Source: a virus (taxonomy: Duplodnaviria > Caudoviricetes). Taken from it: a stretch of 64,000 nt of DNA. The stretch lies in the IMG/VR virus record IMGVR_UViG_3300019370_000055, positions 1 through 64,000 of that record; one strand, given 5' to 3'. The position numbers were made by a program, and so were the translations under genes. Position 1 is the first letter of the stretch. Every line of letters begins with the position of its first letter. Below the pieces are notes generated by a model. The model saw only the letters and a program-made list of their open reading frames with translations. It searched no databases and was not told the origin of the DNA. Positions 39,713 to 49,390 of this stretch are shown here, piece by piece.

Positions 39713-40900
39713 TCACAACTTAATAGCATACTCAATAACTTTTCCTTTTTCTTTTTCAAAAACAAGGAATGTGGCTCCAGCATTTGAGGTTTTATGAATA
39801 GATAAAGAATAATCGTCTACGCCAATAATACTTGGAACATTAATCACTTCCTGATTAATTCCAATAGTTTCACTACGAGAGTGATGCTTATGTCCCGCAA
39901 TCAAAAAATCAAGTTGTACTCGATACATTTGTGAAAAATCTTTAATGGCCTGTTCCATACTTTTCACTTCACCATGAATGCCAAGTAATTTATAACCAAC
40001 AATGTCAGCATAAATGTATCCAGTAGGATTTTTAGTGAAAATAAAATTAGGATTATTGGCAAGCCGTGTAGTTATAATTGCATCCACTACAAGGCTCATA
40101 TTCTCTTTTGTAAATGTACCTTTAGGCTGTCCAAGCATACGAAGTTCTGTATGGTTTCCAGTAGTTGTTTGAAATTTAACACCTACGTGCTTACTTAATT
40201 CATTTAGCCAATGCGAAATGAAATCAGCATAACGCACAGTTCCCTCAACTACGCCATAACGAAGCTGCATTAATTGTTTTACACGCAATAATCCATCTTC
40301 AAAATCGCCCATTGAAAATACATGAATTTGCGAAAATCCTTCTTTTCTTACAATAGAAACAATCTGATCTAACAAATTCCACATTCGACTTTCAAAAATT
40401 TCAGGACTATAAGAATTGATTATCTCATTATGAAGGCCACGAATCTCAAATTCAGTTCCATAATGCTCATCGCCAAACAATAATACGCCTTCCCTATCAA
40501 GCAGTTCAGTATGAATTGGATCAGGAATTACCAATGGCTCCAATTTCTCAACTGCTTGACAGATATGTTCTACAATTAATTCATCACGTGCGTTTTCCCG
40601 CAACCAACGATTTAACTCTAACTTTTCAGTTTGAATTTTATAGCGTTCCTTTTGCAGTTCACGCATCTGAATCGTTGCTTCAGAAGGAGTAGCAGCAGAA
40701 CTTTCCGCAGGATTTTTAATCCAGCCAGCTTCTAAATATTCATAGAATAGTTTTGCCCCCTTACGAATTGTATCATGGTGTTCATCCTTACCAGTATATT
40801 CAGTACGTAAGTCCGCTATATCCTGCCATTCAATAGTAGGATCATTCAAACGTTGAGAGAGCAAATTAAACTGTTGGCTTAAAAACTCTGTTTGTTCCAA
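39713..40900 (-). CDS. Calcineurin-like metallophosphoesterase
   Basis: GDEHYG, GDFEDG, GNH, HGE and GHKH motifs. Confidence 0.85.
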   Translation of the reverse strand: MEQTEFLSQQFNLLSQRLNDPTIEWQDIADLRTEYTGKDEHHDTIRKGAKLFYEYLEAGWIKNPAESSAATPSEATIQMRELQKERYKIQTEKLELNRWLRENARDELIVEHICQAVEKLEPLVIPDPIHTELLDREGVLLFGDEHYGTEFEIRGLHNEIINSYSPEIFESRMWNLLDQIVSIVRKEGFSQIHVFSMGDFEDGLLRVKQLMQLRYGVVEGTVRYADFISHWLNELSKHVGVKFQTTTGNHTELRMLGQPKGTFTKENMSLVVDAIITTRLANNPNFIFTKNPTGYIYADIVGYKLLGIHGEVKSMEQAIKDFSQMYRVQLDFLIAGHKHHSRSETIGINQEVINVPSIIGVDDYSLSIHKTSNAGATFLVFEKEKGKVIEYAIKL

Positions 40901-40937
40901 CTGCTATCACTCCCCTTCATGGATAAATATATTATCC

Positions 40938-41120
40938 TTAATCTTCGTTTGCAGAACCATCATCCTTTGCATCAGCATCGGGTGCATAGTCCATACACTC
41001 TTCCATTGTAAGTGTAATCATCATATCCTTCTTTGCACTTTCATGAAACTTCATCAAGGGCTTTAGCTTCTCACAAACCATATAATGATCACAACGCTCA
41101 CACATAAAATTATTAATCAT
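40938..41120 (-). CDS. Small Cys-containing protein
   Basis: MINNFMCERCDHYMVC...; AAAGGG RBS. Confidence 0.55.
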   Translation of the reverse strand: MINNFMCERCDHYMVCEKLKPLMKFHESAKKDMMITLTMEECMDYAPDADAKDDGSANED

Positions 41121-41157
41121 AATATCAATCCCTTTCTTTTTTGAATAAGTAGTTATT

Positions 41158-41985
41158 TCAATCAAGCAAATCTGCCATTGCAGCAGTTTCACTACGTTCA
41201 GTCTTGAGTAACTTTACATAGCCAAAACGCTTATGACCTTTAAGACGATCAACAGCTATCATAAGCCCATTATTCTCAGCAAATGTCTTATGATCGGTCT
41301 GCTTATAATCTCCATTTAACCAAAAAGCAGAACCTTCACCGACACGTCCTAAAAGTAACTGCACGTGTTCCTTGGTCATATTTTCAGCTTCGCTACACAT
41401 GATAATTGTATTCTTAATATCACGCCCACGAATAAAACCTAAATGTTCAACCTCAACTTTCCCGTCATCCATTAAGGCTTCGAGGCCATCAACACCACCA
41501 ACATGGTCTGCTAACGGCATAGCAAAAGGCAGCAACTTATCAAACGCATCTCCCGGCAAAAATCCAAGTGGTTTAGAATTTTTAACTTCAACATTATTCC
41601 GAACCCACATAATTCTATCATACTTTCCTTGCATTACTAAATCCAGTGCTGCCGATGCCATAAGATAATCTTTACCTGATCCAAAACAACCAGATAAAAT
41701 CTTTACTGTAATATCATTGTTATAAAGTAAATCCATAGCAAGACGCTGTTGAGGATTCCTTGGTTTAATATTTCCAGTATAAGAGTTCTTGATTATTTTA
41801 TAAGCAACAGGAATATATGTAGAGCCATTCCACCGATAAAAGTCTTTAATTTGACCTTCAGCATCATAAATCAAAACATATTCGTTTTGTAAACAGTTGA
41901 AAATGTTATCGCTAAGATTTCCATAGAAATCACTTAATCGTGCATCATCACACATGATTTCTTGAAATCCACGGTATTCGTCCAT
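41158..41985 (-). CDS. phoH: PhoH-family ATPase
   Basis: PRNPQQ, GCFGSGKD, LGFLPG, RGRDI, SEAEN, GDYKQTD motifs. Confidence 0.9.
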   Translation of the reverse strand: MDEYRGFQEIMCDDARLSDFYGNLSDNIFNCLQNEYVLIYDAEGQIKDFYRWNGSTYIPVAYKIIKNSYTGNIKPRNPQQRLAMDLLYNNDITVKILSGCFGSGKDYLMASAALDLVMQGKYDRIMWVRNNVEVKNSKPLGFLPGDAFDKLLPFAMPLADHVGGVDGLEALMDDGKVEVEHLGFIRGRDIKNTIIMCSEAENMTKEHVQLLLGRVGEGSAFWLNGDYKQTDHKTFAENNGLMIAVDRLKGHKRFGYVKLLKTERSETAAMADLLD

Positions 41986-41998
41986 ACGCTAACCACCT

Positions 41999-42638
41999 TT
42001 ACAGAATTTCATCAAGGTTACAGTCCTCTCCGATAATATAATCAGTTACACCAAGATTTTTTGCTTCGTCTGCGAACATATACCATTCCTTACGCATTTG
42101 AGCATCATACATCTCAGACGTAATTTTAGTCTGCGCCAGAACATATTCTTTAATTCTCTGCTCAATGCGCTTATTAAACTCCATCTGATCCTGCGCCTTT
42201 GCACCAGAATTGATAACAAAGTTTGTACCATCGTGCATCAAGAACTTAGCTGTTTTAGACGCATAACGCTTATGCCCAGCAAGACCAATCAAAAATCCCA
42301 TTGAATATTGATAGCCAAGATTAATTGTGTAAACAGGTGTATTACTCTGAAGAATTACATCAACCAGTTCAAACCCCGGATCAATTTCGCCACCATTAGA
42401 GGAACAATACAACAAAATAGGCTTACGATCCTCAACTGGCTTACCTTTATCATCAGCATTATATTGAAGAATATGTCGAACAACACTATCAATAACACAA
42501 TCATCAATATCTTCAGTAAGGTACAACTTTCTATTTTGCAGATTACGCAAATAGAAAAGTTCATCGACCCCCCCAAGATTTCAGAATTGCTCCTTCATCA
42601 AACGAACAGTCAATATCATAAAAACCACGTTTATTCAT
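41999..42638 (-). CDS. clpP: ClpP-like protease, frameshifted at a G7 tract (42568-42574)
   Basis: RKLYL, SNGG, YSMG, FLMHD and WYMFADEA ClpP motifs. The RBS-led ATG at 42638 joins the main frame only if G7 is G6. Confidence 0.8.
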
Positions 42639-42650
42639 AATCCACCTCCA

Positions 42651-42959
42651 TTAATGACGGTATCTGCGCTTATTGCGCTCACGTTCCTTATCAATCTGCT
42701 GGCAAATTGAAGCTGCCGCATAATTACTATCAACAATCAGCCGTAAATACTTCTCGGCCTCTGGCAGATAATAATGATGTCGCTTACTTTTCTGAATACA
42801 GGTTCTTACAATCTCTGCATGAGGGAACACCTCACGCACACGCTCCGACTCTGACTTTGTAATAGCAATCAAAATATTCAGTCCTTTACAATAAATTTTT
42901 GAGTATAAAAGAGTTTTATTTTTATAATTAAACCCCTTTACCCTAATCACTTTTTTCAT
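42651..42959 (-). CDS. Small basic hypothetical protein
   Basis: ORF track; true start probably internal (LIAITKSE...). Confidence 0.55.
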   Translation of the reverse strand: MKKVIRVKGFNYKNKTLLYSKIYCKGLNILIAITKSESERVREVFPHAEIVRTCIQKSKRHHYYLPEAEKYLRLIVDSNYAAASICQQIDKERERNKRRYRH

Positions 42960-43052
42960 AACACCTTAGAATCTCCCCATTTTGGGGAGATTTCAGGGTA
43001 TTACACTTACATGAAATCTACCGAAAATGCCCCAAAATTGCGAAAATTCACA

Positions 43053-45986
43053 TCACACCAGCACTCTCTTATAGCGAAAATCATAAATTTGAATATCGCC
43101 CATATTGCATTCTTGCAATTTGCATATATCGCCCTTGCTTGATTCAATTAACTTATAAAATTCTTCATTAGGCTCTCCAAACAAAATGCCAAACAAAAAT
43201 CTTGATATATCAGAATATTCTTTTGAATCAACAAGTCCAACTAAATATCTCATTGTTTTTTCACCAAATTTAGTATTGCAAACATAATCAATACAATCTT
43301 GCCGAATTTCTTCAGCTATGTTTCTCTTTTTTCGATTTGACAATCCATCATCTGTAGACCAAACAAGAGATATATGAGATTTCGCTTCTCTTACAACATT
43401 AATAATCCGATTTACTTGTGGATATTTCACTTGACCACATAATTTATCAGATGAAATCAAAATATCCGAAAGTCGCTTTTGCTTTTTTCTTAAAGTCTTT
43501 GAACGAAACTTATTAATGCACAATTCCAAATAATCCATGCTTGTTTCATGTCTTTGATACGTCATGCGTCCTCGTTCAACCATAACACTTCCAGTTTCTT
43601 TTAATACTTGTGCCTCTTTATAACTTTCAACCACTCCTTGCTTTATGTATTCGCCATCTTCTTCTACATAAATGTAATATCCATCACGATAACCTTTGTA
43701 ACCATCAATATATCTAAAAAATAATGGTCTTATATGCCGTCCTTTTTTATCACGTACATCATACTTTTTCTTTAAACACTGTAATTCAAAAGTATTATCA
43801 GCCGGATTTTCTCTCTTTGCAGAATCAATCTCCAAATTGCTCATAACGTCCAACTGCGCAATATCGCAATATAATTCCATCACATCATCAATACTTGCAC
43901 CATGATATAACCGATCCCAAAGGATAGAATTTAGTTCCTGCGACAAGTTAATAATCTCGCCAATTTTATTAACACTGGTTTTAATATCCAAATCAGCTTT
44001 ATCAATATCTGTATATTTCCTTTGGCGAGTTTCAGACTCAACTAACTTGGTAGGAACAGGAAACCGATCATAATTTCGTTTAGCTGCTTGAACCAATATC
44101 TCGTTATCGGTAAGCATAACAGTATCACTATCAAAATCTGCTCCAGATAATCGTTCCAAAATATTTTCATTAATACTATTAATGTACACAATTTCCTTTG
44201 TAGGATTCATATATCGACTAATTTCCGAACGCAAGACGTTACAGGTAACAAGTATATTACCAATAGTTACATGAGGACTTCTGGAACCAAGTAGTTCTTT
44301 ATTGTTTTCAAAACGTATACTGTGAACCGTCCCATTATCAATAACAGAACTACCATCAAATATTCCAATAGACTGTTTAAGCATTTCGATTGGATTTCCG
44401 CAAATCGTACTATAATTACCTTGTACTAAAAGGTGTCCTAATCTTAGATTTTTTATAAAAGACTTCACAAGATCATCTCTAAACTGCTGATAAATTTTTG
44501 TATCAGCAAATTTATCTGTGATCCCAAGCATTCTATAAATTATATCATTCTTAGATGTAATTGCTTTATTATAAAAATCATCGTTAGGGCTTTGATACTG
44601 ATAACCAATTTGATGCCGCATTGCAGCTATATCAGTTTTAATCATTCTTGCATAATCCAAAGAAGGTTTAACTAACTGCTCAACCTCATCATATGTCATC
44701 TGCAAAGTATTCAATAACTGATAGTGTGTTTGCACCATACGTCCATCAAAGAAGTGGGTAGGCTTTTCGTGTTTTACCACGCCAAATGTAGATTCTAAAG
44801 TATCAAGCCAATATTCCAGCTTTCCAAATTTCACATACTTGATAGAACTTGGTGTTGTAATCAGCTTAATATCTTCTATACGTTTAGCTTTTGTCTCGCC
44901 GTTCAACTGGCCTACATCTGTTATACCATTGTCCGCAAACCACTGTTGAATATTAGCGTTGAAACAGCATGACTTGAAGAATCTGGCACGTAGCAGTAAC
45001 ATACCATGTTCACGTGCATCAGGATTATTCTTCTGCTGTTGCTTTTGAAAATCTAAAAACACACTACGATCCATAAGAGATTGACCATCCCAAATACTGT
45101 TGCTAATCTCTACGTCCTCAACTTTAGATACCAACCTTCCATCAATAAACCGTGTAGCTACAACCCTATCTTTAAAAACACTCTTGTAATCCTTTACGAC
45201 CAGAATATTTTCAGGATGAATTTGAATAGTATCAATAATACTGCTTAATGTTAAAGCAATATAAGGCTCCAGCGCAGCAAGATCAATGTCTTGACCTTTT
45301 TTTACTTTGATACCACACATTTCCCATTTGTGCATCTGACGATAAAGCCGTTCATCAATAAAGAGACATTTTCCTACACGACTGGAACCAGCACTACGTT
45401 TAAACCGAACATACTTAATTCCATCACAAAGAAATCCATTCTCATATAATTCTTCACGGATATTCGCCACACTATTTAAAATTGGGATATTTGATTTTGC
45501 TCTATACATCCCATTTTCATAGTAAAAGCACTTTCCAAGAATGTCGCTGGTTACAGGATTATCTACTGGAGTGTCTACCTCAATACCCACCAGAATACCA
45601 TTCTGCATTGCTATACAATCTTTAAAGGCCAAATCTTCATAAGCATAACCAAACTTCACAAAAACTCCATTGCGAACTCTGTTAAACGCTTTGTTGTTGT
45701 ACTTAAAAGTTACATTAATTACTCGTTGCGTATAGTCCTTACCATTCTTGTTAAAAGAAAAATCCCGCCGCCGATACACGCTTTCATATACTTCCTGCAT
45801 TTTAATTAAATCCAGACTATAATCAAGCGTATTTATAAATCGCTTTAAATTTAAATCACCGTTCTGATCCCGCAGCTTATATCCAATTTTCAATCCCTTA
45901 TCATTGACTTTGGGTGTCAAATAGCTATTTGATATGTAAATGTCTTTTCCGTCTAATGATAGAATATGAACGCCGCTTTCAAGCAT
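43053..45986 (-). CDS. yonO: YonO-like single-subunit DNA-dependent RNA polymerase
   Basis: 977 aa with RSAGSSRVG, DGQSL, RSPH and catalytic GADFDSD (DxDxD); precedes the late operon as in SPbeta. Confidence 0.88.
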   Translation of the reverse strand: MLESGVHILSLDGKDIYISNSYLTPKVNDKGLKIGYKLRDQNGDLNLKRFINTLDYSLDLIKMQEVYESVYRRRDFSFNKNGKDYTQRVINVTFKYNNKAFNRVRNGVFVKFGYAYEDLAFKDCIAMQNGILVGIEVDTPVDNPVTSDILGKCFYYENGMYRAKSNIPILNSVANIREELYENGFLCDGIKYVRFKRSAGSSRVGKCLFIDERLYRQMHKWEMCGIKVKKGQDIDLAALEPYIALTLSSIIDTIQIHPENILVVKDYKSVFKDRVVATRFIDGRLVSKVEDVEISNSIWDGQSLMDRSVFLDFQKQQQKNNPDAREHGMLLLRARFFKSCCFNANIQQWFADNGITDVGQLNGETKAKRIEDIKLITTPSSIKYVKFGKLEYWLDTLESTFGVVKHEKPTHFFDGRMVQTHYQLLNTLQMTYDEVEQLVKPSLDYARMIKTDIAAMRHQIGYQYQSPNDDFYNKAITSKNDIIYRMLGITDKFADTKIYQQFRDDLVKSFIKNLRLGHLLVQGNYSTICGNPIEMLKQSIGIFDGSSVIDNGTVHSIRFENNKELLGSRSPHVTIGNILVTCNVLRSEISRYMNPTKEIVYINSINENILERLSGADFDSDTVMLTDNEILVQAAKRNYDRFPVPTKLVESETRQRKYTDIDKADLDIKTSVNKIGEIINLSQELNSILWDRLYHGASIDDVMELYCDIAQLDVMSNLEIDSAKRENPADNTFELQCLKKKYDVRDKKGRHIRPLFFRYIDGYKGYRDGYYIYVEEDGEYIKQGVVESYKEAQVLKETGSVMVERGRMTYQRHETSMDYLELCINKFRSKTLRKKQKRLSDILISSDKLCGQVKYPQVNRIINVVREAKSHISLVWSTDDGLSNRKKRNIAEEIRQDCIDYVCNTKFGEKTMRYLVGLVDSKEYSDISRFLFGILFGEPNEEFYKLIESSKGDICKLQECNMGDIQIYDFRYKRVLV

Positions 45987-46000
45987 TTAACCCCTCCCGT

Positions 46001-46372
46001 TCAAAAAGAATTTTCAAGATTATTTGCAAAATGAATATGTTCTGGAGTATAGAACTCCGCTGTATCAGGAAGTTCATCACGAAACTCATCTGGAATTTTG
46101 CCCTGATACCACAAATTATTTGTAGTCAATGTTGAACCATCTTTGAACCTAATCCAGAATCTACGACCAGCATGACCTAAAGTTTGATTCATTAAAGGAT
46201 TATCAACATTTCCGACATCACAATAACATACACCATTAATGACAATATGTTTATCTTTTTCAGCAATTATCCTTCTCCAGAAATTAATTGTAAAGCATTC
46301 GCCACTACAAAGAACATTTCCAAAATATTGACTTTTCTCAATTTCCTTACCACAAACTTCGCATCTTACCAA
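46001..46372 (-). CDS. Hypothetical protein
   Basis: ORF track; CxxC and 'TTNNLWYQG.IP..F...LPD.A' motif. Confidence 0.7.
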   Translation of the reverse strand: MVRCEVCGKEIEKSQYFGNVLCSGECFTINFWRRIIAEKDKHIVINGVCYCDVGNVDNPLMNQTLGHAGRRFWIRFKDGSTLTTNNLWYQGKIPDEFRDELPDTAEFYTPEHIHFANNLENSF

Positions 46373-46410
46373 TTAATCACCTCATTGCGTAAAATTGATT
46401 ATATCGTTAT

Positions 46411-46854
46411 TTATCGCTTATAAAGCACTACTGTATGCCTCTTAAAAATATCTTGGATGAGTTGATGCACAATACTCCAATCTGCACCGCCATTCCCGCA
46501 GCCAATCATATACGGCATAGCAATCGGCTCAGATACAGGAACAATCTTAGCCAGACTATTCATAGCCTTACTCAATGCAGCAATATCCGTATACTGCTTA
46601 CCATACCCAAAACGCTCCTGTCCAAACAAATTACAAATTACCTTTCCGTCATCCACTGGAACCAACAGCATCCTACCAAGAAGATTCTTTGCTCGATGTT
46701 CGTCACAATACTCATGATAACGGCGGTATACATCAGGATACTTATTCTTAATCTGCAACGCCACTCCCCGCCCCATTGCTCCATAACAGTTCACTTGATG
46801 AGCAATATAAGTTTCCTTGGCCTCCAGCAAATCACCATTAATCAGCTTTACCAT
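46411..46854 (-). CDS. Macrodomain (Poa1p/TARG1/DarG-like ADP-ribosylhydrolase)
   Basis: GDLL...IAHQVNCYGAMGRGVALQIK...AMPYMIGCGNGG.DW; start ATG 46854. Confidence 0.88.
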   Translation of the reverse strand: MVKLINGDLLEAKETYIAHQVNCYGAMGRGVALQIKNKYPDVYRRYHEYCDEHRAKNLLGRMLLVPVDDGKVICNLFGQERFGYGKQYTDIAALSKAMNSLAKIVPVSEPIAMPYMIGCGNGGADWSIVHQLIQDIFKRHTVVLYKR

Positions 46855-47329
46855 TTTCAATTTCCTCCATAATCCGATAAAATTCGCTGCCTTTAATTTC
46901 TGTAAATATATCAGAAGACATTTCAATCTGATCTGCACTAAAAGAACAATACAGAACTCCATTATAATCAAATAACCGTGAAGAACTGCGTCCCATATAA
47001 TTGTTATACCATGCAGGAGAGGGTTTATGCGTATTCTTTATTTCTATCGCACGTTTTACCCACTCTTTATTAATCGCAGAATTTTTCTTAAAAAACCTAA
47101 GTCCTTCATTTGTTTCCTTTGAACAAAGCTGTTTCTCAAACTTAGCTTTATCATTTTCAGTTGGCACAATTCCAATTACATTATGACTTGGGCAAAACAA
47201 AGTTGATTCAATTCCAAATTCTTTGAAAAAATCATCAGCTATCTTTCGATTAGGCTCAATACTATTTTTCCAAGCCCAATAATCATCATATAACTGAGAA
47301 CCTTCATTCACTGTATAAAATTTCTCCAA
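46838..47329 (-). CDS. Hypothetical protein
   Basis: ORF track; start approximate (TTG after AAGGAG). Confidence 0.65.
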   Translation of the reverse strand: MEKFYTVNEGSQLYDDYWAWKNSIEPNRKIADDFFKEFGIESTLFCPSHNVIGIVPTENDKAKFEKQLCSKETNEGLRFFKKNSAINKEWVKRAIEIKNTHKPSPAWYNNYMGRSSSRLFDYNGVLYCSFSADQIEMSSDIFTEIKGSEFYRIMEEIENGKAD

Positions 47330-47342
47330 CAAAATTCTCCTT

Positions 47343-47912
47343 TCAAATATGCGTCCAAATTTCATTTTTTACAATCCGTGAAATAAGCCCAACGCTTACT
47401 CCAAAATAGTTAGCCAACTCTTTACGATTACATTTCTGCCCTTTACCTTTTGGTATATAATGCTCACGAATATATTTTACATCATCCTCTGTCAGCTTTG
47501 ACATTCCATTATTACTACCCCGATACTGTCCATAATGTGAATCAGATGCAAACCGCCAAGTATGAATCGGATTTATTAACTCCATATCCATTGCGTGTTC
47601 ATAATTATATTCACGTGAACACCACTCAAGATTTGATAATTGGTTATTTCTTTTGTTACCATCTCTATGATTTACTATCTCTAATCCATCAGGATTAGGC
47701 AAAAATGTTTCTGCAACACATCTATGTACTCTAATGTTTTTATTCTTTCCACAAACCGATGTACAAATTTGTAGATACTCATTTGTTCCAGCATGAAGCG
47801 CATATATTCGTTTAGTCTTGGCGTTCCGAATCCTTCCCCATGTTGATACTTCAAAACGCCAAGAATAATCTACACCATCATACCAAGCACCAGCCCATAC
47901 TTCTTGCTCCAT
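47343..47912 (-). CDS. NUMOD4-HNH homing endonuclease
   Basis: EVSTWGRIRN, VHRCVAETF, VNHRDGNKRNNQLSNLEW; C-terminal HTH. Confidence 0.9.
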   Translation of the reverse strand: MEQEVWAGAWYDGVDYSWRFEVSTWGRIRNAKTKRIYALHAGTNEYLQICTSVCGKNKNIRVHRCVAETFLPNPDGLEIVNHRDGNKRNNQLSNLEWCSREYNYEHAMDMELINPIHTWRFASDSHYGQYRGSNNGMSKLTEDDVKYIREHYIPKGKGQKCNRKELANYFGVSVGLISRIVKNEIWTHI

Positions 47913-49057
47913 TACATCATTGCTTGAAGCTGCTTAACACTTTCAAAAATGGCGTTAGCTGCTTGAATCATTTCATTGCTATAGTTATTAGCACTCATAG
48001 AAATCCTAATAGTACAACTCGCATCCTGATCATCAAGATATAATGCTTTCAAAACATGGGACGGATCAAGCGAACCAGCAGTACAAGCGGAACCAGCAGA
48101 AACACAAATTCCTTTTTCATTCAGCAACAACAGCATAGCTTCACTTTCACAATTCGGCAAAGTCAAACTAATAATATTCGGTACACCGCCATTACAATTA
48201 ACAATATAATTTACACTAAGCCGATCTAATTCATCAAAAAATGTTTTACGCAAAAGTTCATAGTGCGTTTTATTTGCGTCCATATTTCGTATAGCTGTTT
48301 CCGCTGCCTTGCCCATAGACACAATCCCCGGTACATTTTCTGTCCCTGCCCGAAGATGATATTCTTGACCCCCACCTGTAATAATAGGTTCCAACTTAAT
48401 ACCACGCCTTACATACAATGCACCAACGCCCTTCATGGCATGAATCTTATGACCCGACATTGCCATCAAATCAATATGATTTTTATTTACATCAAGAGAA
48501 ATATGGCCTAAAGCCTGAACAGCATCCGTCATAAAAAGAACACCATACTCCTGACAAAGATCACCAATGTCATCAATAAGCTGAATAGAACCAATCTCAT
48601 TATTTACTGCCATAATTGAAACCAAGCCAAGCGTATCTTTAAAAATTTTCATAACACGCTCTAATTCTTCAATATCTACACGCCCATCTTCATCAACAGG
48701 CATATAAATAACTTTAAATCCTTCTTTCTCAAGCACCTTACAGGTATTAAGAACTGCATGATGCTCAATCTGGCTGGTAATGATAGTTGTTCGTCCAATC
48801 TCCTTCAGATAAGGCGAAATCCCCCTCAACGCTAAATTATCGCTTTCACTACCTCCAGCAGTAAAAATAATCTCATCCGATGTAGCACCAATACATTTGG
48901 CAATTTGCTGCCGAGCATTATTAACCATTTGTGCCGCATTTGTTCCCGCCTTATGCAAACTACTTGGATTTCCATAATTCTCATATATTGCTTTTAGTGC
49001 AACTTCAGTAGCCTCCCTTGACATTCTTGTTGTTGCTGCATTATCAAGATAAATCAT
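47912..49057 (-). CDS. iscS: Cysteine desulfurase (IscS/NifS family)
   Basis: MIYLDNAATT, GNPSS, EHHAV, DAVQA, SGHK (PLP lysine), SAGSAC (catalytic Cys). Confidence 0.93.
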   Translation of the reverse strand: MIYLDNAATTRMSREATEVALKAIYENYGNPSSLHKAGTNAAQMVNNARQQIAKCIGATSDEIIFTAGGSESDNLALRGISPYLKEIGRTTIITSQIEHHAVLNTCKVLEKEGFKVIYMPVDEDGRVDIEELERVMKIFKDTLGLVSIMAVNNEIGSIQLIDDIGDLCQEYGVLFMTDAVQALGHISLDVNKNHIDLMAMSGHKIHAMKGVGALYVRRGIKLEPIITGGGQEYHLRAGTENVPGIVSMGKAAETAIRNMDANKTHYELLRKTFFDELDRLSVNYIVNCNGGVPNIISLTLPNCESEAMLLLLNEKGICVSAGSACTAGSLDPSHVLKALYLDDQDASCTIRISMSANNYSNEMIQAANAIFESVKQLQAMM

Positions 49058-49061
49058 TCTA

Positions 49062-49331
49062 TCACTCCGTTTCAATTTCTTCAAAATCATTGTCATCATA
49101 AGGTTCATCATCATTTTCATCAATTTGAATATTTCCATCACTAAATTCACTGACATATTCGGCATATGCTTTCCCGTATTCTTGTCGGTTTAATTCAACA
49201 GCAGCTTTAACTTCTTCATCTGTTAATGTATCACCACTATGTCCGGCATCAAAAAATTCACATGGCACATCACTTTCACATTGGTCATGCCAAATGCAAT
49301 CTACGCAAGAATAATTTTCGTTTGTTTCCAT
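49062..49331 (-). CDS. Small acidic Cys-rich protein
   Basis: ORF track; CVDCIWHDQC...C. Confidence 0.6.
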   Translation of the reverse strand: METNENYSCVDCIWHDQCESDVPCEFFDAGHSGDTLTDEEVKAAVELNRQEYGKAYAEYVSEFSDGNIQIDENDDEPYDDNDFEEIETE

Positions 49332-49390
49332 CCCCGTAATTCACTCCTATTCATTATGCTATTCCTCCTTTTCTGTTGAATATATAGTTA

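Noticed and set aside
34998-45986. Inteins or further introns in terminase or RNA polymerase
   Set aside because: ORFs are continuous, of plausible length, and lack C-...-HN intein or P/Q/R/S motifs.
49058-49165. N-terminal extensions in the ORF track for iscS (and for the macrodomain, 46855-46971)
   Set aside because: They overlap upstream genes; family-typical starts with RBS are at 49057 and 46854.
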